64,000 nucleotides of DNA from Candidatus Hydrogenedentota bacterium (GCA_963674865.2 CAXXYE010000006.1:32001-96000); one strand, 5' to 3'. Positions 48,096-58,506 are shown, counted from the first letter of the stretch. The notes: generated by a model not told the origin, from the sequence alone. Numbers and translations: made by a program.

Positions 48096-50966
48096 GTGAC
48101 TGATGCGGAGTTGGTGAGTCGAATTCTTACCGGTGAGGAACACCTCTTCGGCGAACTTGTAGGGCGCTACGCCGGGGCCGTGTGGGCCATATGTTCGGGC
48201 TATCTCGCCAATCGAAGCGATTGTGAGGACGTGACGCAGGAGGTATTCACCCAAGCCTATCTACGCCTCAACACCCTCCGTCGCCCGGCGGCGTTTGCCG
48301 GGTGGCTCGTACAGATTGGCCGACGCCGGTGCAATGAATGGCTCAGGGCCACCTCTCGAAGGAATGCCGCGATGAACCGGTTTGAGAAGCACATCGACAC
48401 CCTGCAGGACACGGCCGGCGCTGACGAGGGACTCGCTCAAGAAGAACGCCGCCGTGTCGTTTGCGCCCTGGTTCGCACACTGCCCGTCAAGACCCGGGAG
48501 GCGATGCTTCTCTGCTACGGCGCGGACTACTCCGCGGCGAGAGCGGCCGAAGTGCTCGGAATATCGCCCAACACGCTGAAGACGCGCCTACACTACGGCC
48601 GCAAGTTGCTGCGGAAGCGGTTCGGGCGGGAGCTTCAGGCCGCCCTAGCGGCAAACGGCCCCAGGAAAGACTTCACGCGCGCCATCTTGGCGGCCATCCC
48701 TCTTGGCCAAGCGTCGTGGCTTGCCGGGGCGGGCATCGGCACAGGCTCAGGCGTGGCCGCCGCCGCGTCGAAACCGGCGCTGTATGGAGGGATCGCCATC
48801 ATGTCGAACAAAATGCTTGGGGGAGGTATCGCCCTCCTGGCTCTGCTGCTGGGCGCGCTAACCTACTCCGTTGCCGTCCGTCCCACGACGGATGATACGG
48901 CGAAAGGACCCGCCGCGACACCCGGGCTAACAGAAGCGGAACCAGTTGCAGAGCAAAATGGCCCCGCCCTGCGCGCCGAGGAACCACTTCAGCCAACGCC
49001 CCCAGCGCCTACTATCGAAGGCAAGGACGACACGCCCGGACTTGATGAGCCGCCCGCCGCTGTGAAGCCTGCGTCAGTCTCGGGCCATGTGAATGACGAT
49101 GCCGGCTATCCCCTTGACGGTGCGCGGATATGCGTCGAGATCGTCCGAGACGGAGACTGGAACGACGTCATCGCGTCATACGCTGCCCAGGCCAATACGG
49201 ACGGCCTCTACGAGGTCGGCGGCATCGACGTGTTCGGTGACGCGGCGGTATTCGCATCCGCCGAAGGGCGCATCATGCAGGCGTCGCGTATCGCGCTCTC
49301 GCCGGGCGCGAGACGTGACGGCGTCGACTTCACCCTCCCCCAGGCGGCTCATTTCGTTGCGGGCCGTGTCATTTCCGAACACAGGGTGCCGGTTCCGGAG
49401 GCGCACGTGGGCCTGATGTATTACGGATACGATGAAGAGGACATCGCGCGCACCGAGGCAACCGGCGCTACAATAGGGGGCATCGGCGGAACGAAACTGG
49501 CCTTCGCCGCTACGGGAGACAGGGGATACTTCGAGATCGCCGTTCCGGAGGAAGGACTATGTGATCTCAGAGTCGAGAAGGACGGCTTCGGCCGTCGCTT
49601 CTTCGCGAGAATCCCCACCGGAACCTTCGACGCGGAGTTCATGCTTCGCGCCGAAGGAGCCATCGCCGGCGTTGTAACCAGCACAGAGGGTGAGCCGATC
49701 GAAGGGGCGGCGGTCAAGGTCGTCGGCAAGGCACTGCCGGGAGGTCTCGCACCATCGGCGATGCATATTCAGGAACTCCCGGCGACAACCGTCACGGCCA
49801 ACACGGACGCCAACGGCGAATACTTGGTGGATGGCCTAGGTGAGGACTATATCTACACCGTTTCGGCCTCCGCACCTGGCCCTCTGGATACGAATGAGGA
49901 TCTGCCCGACGAACAGGGAACACATCACATCGCGAACACGATAACCCATTGGGGCAACATGAGTTATTGCCCACCAATGCATGCGAAAGCAGAAGGCGTG
50001 CGAGTGGTAGCGGGCCAGACAACGCCGCACGTCGATCTCGTGTTTGGCTCAACGGCCTGCGCAATTCTCTACGGCATGGTAACGGATCGCACTACCGGCG
50101 CACCCGCCTGCCCCGTCACCGTCGAGGCATCGGCTCTCGACGCCCAGGAGAAAAGCCTTCGCGGCACCGCCGCGACAAGCCCGGACGGTTCATACAGGAT
50201 ACTGATTCAGGATCTCGCCGAAACCTATCCGTTTCGCGTCTGCTATTGCTTTGTCACCGAAGGCGGGAGTGCGTGGCCCTGGCCTGAGAACGCCGTCGCA
50301 ACAATCGACTTGGGGCCCGGCGACGAGGAGGAGATCAACTTCACCGTCGATGCCCCCGTCACCGTCCCTGTCAGGTATATGGATGAAGACGGTGTGTCAA
50401 TCGAGGGGGTGCCGGCGGGAATGCGTGAGGCCGGCGGCTCGGGCGGATGCGGGGGCGCACTGACCTCCGACGCCGATGGGCGCGTCACGTTTCACGGCAT
50501 TCCCCCATTCATCGCGCTCGAGGCCCTGGCGTGGAAATCTTCCGAGTACACCCGCGTCACCATCGGCGTGAGCGAGCCGTTCACGGGCCAGCCGGGCGAG
50601 ACGCTTCCGGATGTAGTTGTCATTTGTCATGCCGTGGGCGGAATCCAGGGCGTGGTGGTGGATGGTGACGGCATCCCCTTTGCCGGCCGCAAGATTGCGT
50701 GCTACGCACTCAGTTCCGATGGTGCGCTTACGGAAGGGATCAAGGCGATGCTCGACCCTCAAGGCGCATTTTACCTACCGGAAGCGTTACCGCACGGGAA
50801 CTACCGGCGTGTCTTCATCCTGCATCCCTGCGCCGCTGACGAGGTTTACGTGGGCGTCGTTGAGAATGTGGACATTGGTACCGAAGGCATCACTGATTTG
50901 GGCGTGATCGCAACCACACCGGTTCCCAAACAGGAGGCGGCCTCAATGCTTGGCCTTCAGGAATAA
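48096..50966 (+). CDS. ECF sigma-70 factor fused to a TM segment and carboxypeptidase-regulatory-like repeats
   Basis: DAELV, EDVTQEVF, FAGWL, AEVLGIS..TLKTRL; TM near aa 240-260; repeated xGxV..G.P..GA..TD..G.Y. Confidence 0.88.
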   Translation: MTDAELVSRILTGEEHLFGELVGRYAGAVWAICSGYLANRSDCEDVTQEVFTQAYLRLNTLRRPAAFAGWLVQIGRRRCNEWLRATSRRNAAMNRFEKHIDTLQDTAGADEGLAQEERRRVVCALVRTLPVKTREAMLLCYGADYSAARAAEVLGISPNTLKTRLHYGRKLLRKRFGRELQAALAANGPRKDFTRAILAAIPLGQASWLAGAGIGTGSGVAAAASKPALYGGIAIMSNKMLGGGIALLALLLGALTYSVAVRPTTDDTAKGPAATPGLTEAEPVAEQNGPALRAEEPLQPTPPAPTIEGKDDTPGLDEPPAAVKPASVSGHVNDDAGYPLDGARICVEIVRDGDWNDVIASYAAQANTDGLYEVGGIDVFGDAAVFASAEGRIMQASRIALSPGARRDGVDFTLPQAAHFVAGRVISEHRVPVPEAHVGLMYYGYDEEDIARTEATGATIGGIGGTKLAFAATGDRGYFEIAVPEEGLCDLRVEKDGFGRRFFARIPTGTFDAEFMLRAEGAIAGVVTSTEGEPIEGAAVKVVGKALPGGLAPSAMHIQELPATTVTANTDANGEYLVDGLGEDYIYTVSASAPGPLDTNEDLPDEQGTHHIANTITHWGNMSYCPPMHAKAEGVRVVAGQTTPHVDLVFGSTACAILYGMVTDRTTGAPACPVTVEASALDAQEKSLRGTAATSPDGSYRILIQDLAETYPFRVCYCFVTEGGSAWPWPENAVATIDLGPGDEEEINFTVDAPVTVPVRYMDEDGVSIEGVPAGMREAGGSGGCGGALTSDADGRVTFHGIPPFIALEALAWKSSEYTRVTIGVSEPFTGQPGETLPDVVVICHAVGGIQGVVVDGDGIPFAGRKIACYALSSDGALTEGIKAMLDPQGAFYLPEALPHGNYRRVFILHPCAADEVYVGVVENVDIGTEGITDLGVIATTPVPKQEAASMLGLQE

Positions 50967-50982
50967 TGCCGCCCAGAAACAG

Positions 50983-51021
50983 CGGAGCGGGCCGCCGCCC
51001 TATTGGGCGGAGCCCGCTCCG
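50983..51021. terminator. Hairpin between convergent genes (probable bidirectional terminator)
   Basis: cggagcgggc..cgccc-tatt-gggcg..gcccgctccg. Confidence 0.65.
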
Positions 51022-51039
51022 TAATCGCCTCTAATCAGG

Positions 51040-53100
51040 CTAAAAGAGATCGAACAAGGGGGTGATTCGAGCGAAAAGCGGCGCCAAAACCAGCGAAATG
51101 ACGCACATGAGCTTGATCAGGATGTTGATCGAGGGCCCGACGGTGTCCTTCAGCGGGTCGCCGACGGTGTCACCGACCACCGCGGCCTTGTGGGCATCGG
51201 AGCCCTTGCCACCGAAGTGACCTTCTTCGATGTACTTCTTCGCGTTATCCATCGCGCCACCGGAGTTGGCCGTCTGGATGCCCAGCATGACGCCGGTGGC
51301 GATGGCTCCAACAAGCATGCCAGCCAGGCCCGACGGCCCAAGCACCCAACCGATCAGTACGGGGAACACGATCGCCAGAAGGCCCGGGAGCATCATGCCG
51401 TTGATGGCGCCCTTCGTCGCAATATCAACGCAGGTTGTGCTGTCCGGCTGCACGCCTTCCTTGCCTTCTTTAAGGCCGGGGATCTCTTTGAACTGCCGCC
51501 GCACCTCGAGAATCATCGTGTCCGCGCACTTGCCCACGGCCCGGAAAAGCATCGACGAGAACAGGAACGGCATCATCGCGCCGATCAGCACGCCCGCGAG
51601 AATCGTCGGATCCGTCAGGCTCAATTCAAGTGCACGCCCCATGTCCGCGGCAACAGCCAGCATGAATGCGCTCAATAGTCCAATCGCCGCGAATGCCGCG
51701 CTGCCAATGGCAAATCCCTTGCCGATGGCCGCGGTCGTATTGCCGACTGCGTCAAGGTTATCAGTAATCTCTCGCACTTTCGGGTCGAGGCCGGCCATCT
51801 CGGCGATGCCGCCCGCGTTATCCGCGATCGGGCCGTACGAGTCCACAGCCACGACCATGCCCGTCGTTGCCAGCATGCCCAATGCCGCAATCGCCACGCC
51901 GTACACGCCCGCGCAGTGATACGCCAGCACCACCGATACGGCCAGGACAACCACCGGCCATGCCGTGCTCTGCATGCCGACCGCCGTACCTTCCGTCACC
52001 GCAATGGCCGGGCCCGTCTGGCAACGCTCGGCAAGCTTCTTCACCGGATTGTAGCTGCCCGACGTGAAGTACTCACTTACAAAACCAACCAGGGATCCGG
52101 ACACGATTCCAAGGCAGCAAGCCACGAAGGGACCCCACCAGGCGTAAACGTGTCCTTGAAGAACGAACTCCGTACCGGCGAAATACGCGTACGCGCCCAC
52201 GGCGAGAATCGTCAAGCCCGCGCTTATGTACGTACCCATCATGAGCGCGCCCTGGGGATTCGTCCGCGCGAACTTCTTGACGTACAGTACGCCGATGGCC
52301 GAGCAGATGATGCCGATGGCGGCAATCATGAAGGGCAGCGCGCGGATGTACGATGAGCCGCCCGTCGTCGTGATCAGCGCCGCAATCGCCAGACTCGCGA
52401 TGATGGACTCGACATACGATTCCAGCAGGTCCGCACCCAAACCGGCTACGTCACCCACGTTATCGCCCACGTTATCCGCGATCACGGCGGGATTCCGCGG
52501 GTCGTCCTCGGGGATGCCTGCCTCAACCTTGCCGACGAGGTCCGCGCCCATGTCCGCGCCCTTGGTGAAGATTCCGCCGCCGGAACGGCCGAAAAGCGCC
52601 ACCAGAGACGCGCCCATCGCGTAACCATTCACAATGACCGGGTCGCCGCCGCTGACCTTGTAAACGATGACAAGGCCGAGCAATGCCACGCCGACCACGC
52701 CCATGCCCATGACCGCACCGCCGCTGATCGCTACATCCAAGGCCGCACGCACGCCGCCGGACTCCGCCGCCGCCGTGGTCCGCGCATTTGCACGGGTGGC
52801 AATGCTCATACCGATCACGCCAGCACACGCACTCGCGATTGCTCCAACGACGAAGGCGGCGGCCGTTTCCCAGCTAGCCAGCCCCACCGTGATCAGCACG
52901 GCGATAACGACCACGAACACGCTCACATAGGTGTATTCGCGCTTCAGGAACGCCTTCGCGCCCTGCTGGATCAAGAGCGAGATCTCAATCATCTTCTCGT
53001 TGCCCTGGGGCTTCGACATAACGTACTTCGCCAAGTAGGCGATGAACGCCAGCGCGAGCACACTCGCGCCGAAAGAAATCCACAGAAATGGTAACTCCAT
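51040..53100 (-). CDS. hppA: Membrane ion-translocating pyrophosphatase, K+-dependent type
   Basis: GGIFTKGADMGADLVGKVE, DNVGDNVGD, GNTTAA, GDTVGDPLKD. Confidence 0.96.
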   Translation of the reverse strand: MELPFLWISFGASVLALAFIAYLAKYVMSKPQGNEKMIEISLLIQQGAKAFLKREYTYVSVFVVVIAVLITVGLASWETAAAFVVGAIASACAGVIGMSIATRANARTTAAAESGGVRAALDVAISGGAVMGMGVVGVALLGLVIVYKVSGGDPVIVNGYAMGASLVALFGRSGGGIFTKGADMGADLVGKVEAGIPEDDPRNPAVIADNVGDNVGDVAGLGADLLESYVESIIASLAIAALITTTGGSSYIRALPFMIAAIGIICSAIGVLYVKKFARTNPQGALMMGTYISAGLTILAVGAYAYFAGTEFVLQGHVYAWWGPFVACCLGIVSGSLVGFVSEYFTSGSYNPVKKLAERCQTGPAIAVTEGTAVGMQSTAWPVVVLAVSVVLAYHCAGVYGVAIAALGMLATTGMVVAVDSYGPIADNAGGIAEMAGLDPKVREITDNLDAVGNTTAAIGKGFAIGSAAFAAIGLLSAFMLAVAADMGRALELSLTDPTILAGVLIGAMMPFLFSSMLFRAVGKCADTMILEVRRQFKEIPGLKEGKEGVQPDSTTCVDIATKGAINGMMLPGLLAIVFPVLIGWVLGPSGLAGMLVGAIATGVMLGIQTANSGGAMDNAKKYIEEGHFGGKGSDAHKAAVVGDTVGDPLKDTVGPSINILIKLMCVISLVLAPLFARITPLFDLF

Positions 53101-53143
53101 CGTTTCGGACCTTTCCCGTTATCCCATTGTATCCTACGACCAA

Positions 53144-53860
53144 TTAATCAAAACGCTGCCCGAGGTCCTCGAGCGCCGCGCGCGCGGCCTGCTGTTCAGC
53201 TTCTTTCTTGCTGAAACCCGTGCCCCGGCCCATGGGCCGTTCGCGCACAACCACCTCCACCACGAAGGCCTTCCGGTGGTCCGGGCCCTCCGAGTGGACC
53301 ACTACAAACTCAGGCAACGGAAAACGACGGGCCTGACAGTAATGCTGCAAGCGGGACTTAAAATCCCAAACACGCTCCAAGCGCCGTTCCCGTTCAAACT
53401 CATCCCTAAACACACGCGCCACAAACTCGGACACCGCCAGCCATCCCTGGTCGATGTACAAAGCGCCCAACAACGCCTCGAGACAATCGGCCAAGAGCGC
53501 CGTTCGGCTTCGTCCGCCGGCTAGCTCCTCCCCCCTGCCGAGCCGGATGGACGCCGCAATACCCAAGCGCCGGGCAATCCGGGCCAGACACCGTCTATTG
53601 ACGACACCCGCCCGCATCCGGCTGTATTCACCGGGGGTTCTGTCCGGACACTCCTGAAAAAGGTAGTGAGCCGCCGCCAAGCCCAGCGCCGCATCGCCAA
53701 GGAATTCCAGCGCCTCATAATCGTAGCCGGGGCCTTGGCTTTCAGAGGCAATCGAGGCGTGCGTAAGCGCTCGGTCGAGCAGTTCGACATCGCCGATCAC
53801 AATGCCCAGATGGGCGGCAAGAGCCCTGAGTTCCTCGATCCGCTCGGAGTCAGCCAGCAT
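53144..53860 (-). CDS. rnc: Ribonuclease III
   Basis: ALTHAS, EALEFLGDA, DCLEALLGA, dsRBD GPDH..SKKEAEQ. Confidence 0.96.
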   Translation of the reverse strand: MLADSERIEELRALAAHLGIVIGDVELLDRALTHASIASESQGPGYDYEALEFLGDAALGLAAAHYLFQECPDRTPGEYSRMRAGVVNRRCLARIARRLGIAASIRLGRGEELAGGRSRTALLADCLEALLGALYIDQGWLAVSEFVARVFRDEFERERRLERVWDFKSRLQHYCQARRFPLPEFVVVHSEGPDHRKAFVVEVVVRERPMGRGTGFSKKEAEQQAARAALEDLGQRFD

Positions 53861-55082
53861 AGCGCCGCATGATGACGCACGCGTTATGACCACCGAATCC
53901 TAGCGAGTTCGACATGGCGATTGCAACGTCGGCCTCTCGGGCCTCGTTCGCCACCAGGTTCACGTCGCATTCCGGATCGGGGGTCTCGTAGTTGACGTTC
54001 GGCGGAAGGACGCCGTCCCGGATGGCCAGCACGCACGCGATGGCCTCGATGGCGCCGGCCGCGCCCAACAGGTGGCCGGTCATCGATTTCGTCGAGCTTA
54101 CGGGCGGCATGTCCTCCCCGAATACGCGCTGCAACGCCAGCGATTCCGTCATATCGTTGTACTTGGTGCTCGTTCCGTGCGGATTGAAATAGTCAACATC
54201 CGAGGGAACGATGCCGGCGTCCGCCAAAGCGCGGTTAATCGCCACGACGGCGCTTGCGGCATCATCGCGGGGCGCCGTGATGTGGTAGGCATCGCATGAT
54301 TCGCCGTATCCCACAACCTCGGCGAGGATCTCAGCGCCTCGGGCCTTCGCGTGCTCGAGCAATTCGAGCACGAGCACGCCCGCACCCTCCGCCATTACAA
54401 AGCCGTCACGTTCGAGGTCGAACGGCCGACTCGCGCGCTGAGGATCATCATTACGCGATGAAAGCGCTTTCATCGCCCCGAAACCTGCCAAGCCGAAAGG
54501 CACGATGGCCGCTTCGGCCCCGCCGGCGAGAACAACGTCCGCTTCACCGCGTCGAATGAGGCTCGTAGCTTCGCCCAGGCAGTGGGTCGCCGCGGCACAT
54601 GCCGTCACGACGCACTTGTTGGAGCCGCGAAGGCCCAGACGGATGCCCACATTGCCCGACGCCATATTGACAAGCCCCATGGGAATCATCAGCGGCGAAA
54701 CACGGCGCGGCCCACCTTCATGAAGCCGGACAACTTGGTTCGCAATAGTCTCGATCCCACCGATGCCGCTGCCGACAACGGCGCCACAACGGTAGGGATC
54801 CTCTTGATCAATATTCAGGCCTGCCTGAGCCCAGGCCTGGTCGGCTGCCGCCACCGCAAACACGGAGTAGCGATCCAGCCGGCGGAGTTCTTTGGCCGAC
54901 ATCCCGGCGGGCGCGCAGTCCTCACACATGCCCGCGATGCGCGACGGATAGTCCGTCGTATCGAATCGATCCACGATGGAGATGCCGGAGCGGCCCTCGC
55001 GGAGTCCTTCCCAGTAGGATGCGACGTCGTTACCCAGAGGGGTCACGACCCCCAAGCCAGTCACCACAACGCTGTCTCTCAT
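53850..55082 (-). CDS. fabF: 3-oxoacyl-ACP synthase II
   Basis: VTGLG, TACA, HGTST, SMTGHLLGAAG, NSLGFGGHN. Confidence 0.97.
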   Translation of the reverse strand: MRDSVVVTGLGVVTPLGNDVASYWEGLREGRSGISIVDRFDTTDYPSRIAGMCEDCAPAGMSAKELRRLDRYSVFAVAAADQAWAQAGLNIDQEDPYRCGAVVGSGIGGIETIANQVVRLHEGGPRRVSPLMIPMGLVNMASGNVGIRLGLRGSNKCVVTACAAATHCLGEATSLIRRGEADVVLAGGAEAAIVPFGLAGFGAMKALSSRNDDPQRASRPFDLERDGFVMAEGAGVLVLELLEHAKARGAEILAEVVGYGESCDAYHITAPRDDAASAVVAINRALADAGIVPSDVDYFNPHGTSTKYNDMTESLALQRVFGEDMPPVSSTKSMTGHLLGAAGAIEAIACVLAIRDGVLPPNVNYETPDPECDVNLVANEAREADVAIAMSNSLGFGGHNACVIMRRYAG

Positions 55083-55101
55083 ATGACCCCCATATGCAAC
55101 A

Positions 55102-55134
55102 CCCAGCTCGCGAAGACGTTCTACGCGAGCTGGG
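55102..55134 (-). terminator. Stem-loop between acpP and fabF
   Basis: cccagctcgcg-N11-cgcgagctggg, perfect 11-bp stem. Confidence 0.55.
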
Positions 55135-55190
55135 CGACCTCAATCATCGACTATCTATTCCGAGCGCTCTAAGAGCGCGGGACATCCTTT

Positions 55191-55430
55191 CTAGATCCGT
55201 GCCTCGATATACTTGATCGCGTCGGCCACCGTCTCAATCTGGTTAGCCTCATCATCGATATCGATGTTGAACTCCTCTTCAAGAGCCATCATGAGTTCTG
55301 TCTGGTCCAGGGAATCGGCCCCCAGATCATCGATGAAGCGGGCTGACAGCGTCACCTCCTCAGGCTTCCGATCCAGCCGCTCTTCCACGATCTTCTTGAC
55401 CTTCTCCGCCACGTTCACATCTGTTGCCAT
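55191..55430 (-). CDS. acpP: Acyl carrier protein
   Basis: [25 protein letters not shown]. Confidence 0.96.
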   Translation of the reverse strand: MATDVNVAEKVKKIVEERLDRKPEEVTLSARFIDDLGADSLDQTELMMALEEEFNIDIDDEANQIETVADAIKYIEARI

Positions 55431-55542
55431 AACCTTCACCTCCTCCCAAACATGACTATGGCGCTCAAGACAAGACGCTCCTGAGCCACCACGGGCCGGA
55501 TTATAACAAGAACCTCACACAATTTCCACTTATGACAAGTCC

Positions 55543-56760
55543 GGCTGGATTCAATGAGCAAGTGCAACGGCGTGTAGCTTGAAGACTTCGTTAGGAGTTC
55601 GGTATCCCAGTTTTTTGCGTGGCCTGTTGTTAAGTTGACGGACGTAGCTTTGGAGCTGGCTTTCGGCAATTTCCCTGAAGTTGGTGTTCTTGGGGAGATA
55701 CTGGCGTAGGAGGCCGTTGGTGTTTTCGTTGGTGCCGCGCTCGTAGGCGGCATAGGGATTGGCGAAGTAGGTGTCGAGGCCCAAGACCTCGGCGATGTGT
55801 CTGTGGTGAGCGAATTCGCTGCCGTTATCGAAGGTGATGGTCTTTGTCCAGTGGGCGGGCAGGTGCCTGAGTTGGTCGATGGCAGCCTGGGCGACGCCGT
55901 CGGCATGACGGGAGCCGAGCAGTGCGGCCCGTAGCAGCAAGGACTTACGTTCCACCAGGGTAAGCACGGCGCCCTGTTGGTTGGCCCCGACGAGTAGATC
56001 TCCTTCCCAATCCCCGTAGCGCTTTCGGGTGGCGACCTCGGGCGGCCGGGCCTCGATGCCGACGCGATTGGGAATGAAGGGCCTCGTGGGGCGGCGCTCC
56101 CCGCGTTTGCGGCGGCGCGGCCGCCGGCGTCGAAGACAACCGATCAAGGGATTGCCTAGCTTTTCATCGGTGTACAACGAGCGGTAGATGGTCTCGGGAC
56201 TGACGCGCATGCGCGGTTGGCCGGGGAAATCCAGCCAGAGGCGGCCCGCAATCTGCTCCGGCGACCATCCTTCCGTCATCTTGTCGAAGAGATAGCGCCG
56301 TAACGCCGGCTCACTGAGCGAGGTGGTTCTTCGGCAAGTCTTGCGGACCTGCTCGTATCGTTTCTGGGCGCGCGCCGCGGAATATGCCTTGGACGGGGCC
56401 CGATTCCGAGCCAGTTCCCGGCACACCGTCGAGGCGCTACGGCCCAACTGGACGGCAATGGCCCGTTGACTCAGCCCTTGGCTAAGCCATGCTTGTATCT
56501 GTCCGCGTTCCATTGGTGTAAGATGGCGATAGGGCATCGAGACTCCTTTCGGTTCTTGGTTCGTGCAAAAAACCCAGTGTACCGAACGGATTCCTCGATG
56601 CCTTCCTTGTTCTGTCTGCCTTGTGCTCAGAACTCACCTACAGCAAAGGGGGGCCCTTCCCGCTGTCGCCGTCCGCCGCCGCTCAGGGGTGAGCGACGAA
56701 CGGCTCCGACGGGAAAGGGCACTCACCCAACCATGTTGCACTTACAATAAGAACTCAGGC
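55543..56760 (-). mobile_element. IS30-family insertion sequence
   Basis: Imperfect ~26 bp terminal IRs sharing AAGTGCAAC; target duplication not resolved. Confidence 0.85.
55551..56537 (-). CDS. IS30-family transposase
   Basis: HLT..ER HTH, WSPEQI, GDWEGD, TFDNGSEF, ERGTNENTNGLLRQY, LNNRPRK. Confidence 0.96.
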   Translation of the reverse strand: MPYRHLTPMERGQIQAWLSQGLSQRAIAVQLGRSASTVCRELARNRAPSKAYSAARAQKRYEQVRKTCRRTTSLSEPALRRYLFDKMTEGWSPEQIAGRLWLDFPGQPRMRVSPETIYRSLYTDEKLGNPLIGCLRRRRPRRRKRGERRPTRPFIPNRVGIEARPPEVATRKRYGDWEGDLLVGANQQGAVLTLVERKSLLLRAALLGSRHADGVAQAAIDQLRHLPAHWTKTITFDNGSEFAHHRHIAEVLGLDTYFANPYAAYERGTNENTNGLLRQYLPKNTNFREIAESQLQSYVRQLNNRPRKKLGYRTPNEVFKLHAVALAH

Positions 56761-56899
56761 GGGCTATCCAAGGCCTGGCTGGGCGCCGAGCCTGGGCCTC
56801 AGTGCGCATAGCGCCACGCCATAATGGGAGGAATAGCAGGGCGGAAGCGCCTCAAGTCGAGGCTATGCGCCCCGCAGCCGGCTTAGAGCGGATCACGTC

Positions 56900-57694
56900 C
56901 TACGCCACGGGATTCGTCAGGCGGCCGATGCCCTCGACCTCGACGGTGATGGTGGCGCCGGACTTGAGGGTCTCCTTGGGCTCACGCTCCCAGCCGACGC
57001 CGGCGGGAGTGCCCGTCAGGATGACCGTGCCGGGCAGGAGCGTAGTGCCCTCGGAGAGAAAACTCACCAGCGTGGGGACGTCGAAGATCATGTCGGCCGT
57101 ATTGGAGCACTGCATCTCCCGGCCGTTCAGCGCACTGCGCACGCCGAGGGCGTTCGGATCGGGCACTTCATCACGCGTCACGAGTACGGGGCCGAGGGGA
57201 GCGAAGGTGTCGAAGCTCTTGGCGCGACACCACTGGGAGCCCCCGCGCTTCCGCTGCCACAGACGGGCGGATACATCGTTGGCCACGGTGTAGCCGAGAA
57301 CACAGTCCAAGGCCCTCTCACGGGGAACATCGCGCGCCGCTTCGCCAATAACCACGGCCAGCTCCGCCTCAAAATCGACCTCGTCGGTGCAGACACGCGG
57401 AATATGAATGGATTCGAGATGCCCCACCGCCGCGGCGGGATTCTTCATGAATAGGACGGGATACTCAGGGGACTGGTGGCCGGTTTCCTCGGCGTGGGCG
57501 CGGTAGTTGAGTCCTATGGCGAAAATCGCGCGGGGGGCCACCGGGGGCAGCCACTGCCTGGGAGTAACGACATCGCCGGTGATGATGGGCGAGCCACCAA
57601 GAGGGTCCCCTTCGACGCGCAGCAGCGTTCCATCGGCCTGTTGTGCCGCGAATAGCGTCTGGTTGTTCTCATCCACAATGCAGGCGATTTTCAT
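56900..57694 (-). CDS. Fumarylacetoacetate hydrolase family protein
   Basis: IGLNY, DFEAELAVVIG, NDVSAR, KSFDTF, TGTPAGVG. Confidence 0.94.
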   Translation of the reverse strand: MKIACIVDENNQTLFAAQQADGTLLRVEGDPLGGSPIITGDVVTPRQWLPPVAPRAIFAIGLNYRAHAEETGHQSPEYPVLFMKNPAAAVGHLESIHIPRVCTDEVDFEAELAVVIGEAARDVPRERALDCVLGYTVANDVSARLWQRKRGGSQWCRAKSFDTFAPLGPVLVTRDEVPDPNALGVRSALNGREMQCSNTADMIFDVPTLVSFLSEGTTLLPGTVILTGTPAGVGWEREPKETLKSGATITVEVEGIGRLTNPVA

Positions 57695-57738
57695 CTTACG
57701 CGATCTCCTAGCCTATCCTTCGTTCCGGGCAATCCGGC

Positions 57739-58506
57739 TCACAGATTGGCCGTCCATCCGCCATCCACATAGAGCACCTGACCTGTGACGAAATCCGACG
57801 CCGATGACGCCAGAAATACTGCGGCGCCAACGAGTTCCTCAGGCCTGCCCCACCGTCCGGCCGGAGTCCTGAGCCGGACCCAGGCATCGATCTCCGGGTC
57901 ACTTCTAAGCGCCTCGGTCATGGCCGTCTCGAAATAGCCGGGCGCGATGGCGTTAACCTGGATATTGTGGGAGGCCCAATCGACGGCCATGGCCTTGGTC
58001 AACATAGCGACCCCTCCCTTCGACGCGGCGTATGCGCCCGCCGTGGGCCGGGCGGCAAAACTCAGCAGCGAGGCGATATTGATGATCTTCCCCGCCCTCC
58101 GTTCAATCATGCCCTTGGCCACGGCCTTACTCAGCCGCCATACGCCCGTCAAGTTGGTGTCAAGCACGGTTTGCCAGTCGGCTTCCCCCAGACTATCGAG
58201 AGGCTCCCGACGCTGCACTCCGGCGTTGTTGATGAGAGCATGAATCGGCCCGACTTCGGCCTCGACCCGGGCAATGCCCTGTTCAACATCATCGCCGCGG
58301 GTCACATCGAAGACGGCTCCTCTGCACGCCACGCCCTTGCCGCGCAACTCCTCCTCGCACGAGGCGACGGCCTGCGAATTGCGGCCGTTGATGACAACGG
58401 TGGCCCCCGCTTCGGCCAAGCCGACGGCCATGGCACGGCCCAGTCCCTGCGTGGCCCCCGTGATCAATGCATTCTTGCCTGACAAGTCGAACAACTTCTG
58501 CGCCAT
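57739..58506 (-). CDS. SDR oxidoreductase (gluconate 5-dehydrogenase/KduD-like)
   Basis: TGATQGLG, NNAG, YAASKGG, VNAIAPGYF, VDGGW. Confidence 0.92.
   Translation of the reverse strand: MAQKLFDLSGKNALITGATQGLGRAMAVGLAEAGATVVINGRNSQAVASCEEELRGKGVACRGAVFDVTRGDDVEQGIARVEAEVGPIHALINNAGVQRREPLDSLGEADWQTVLDTNLTGVWRLSKAVAKGMIERRAGKIINIASLLSFAARPTAGAYAASKGGVAMLTKAMAVDWASHNIQVNAIAPGYFETAMTEALRSDPEIDAWVRLRTPAGRWGRPEELVGAAVFLASSASDFVTGQVLYVDGGWTANL

Noticed and set aside
56803..56870. 9-bp inverted repeat gcgcatagc..gctatgcgc as an ncRNA
   Set aside because: Short arms with a long unstructured interval; may be chance or a weak terminator
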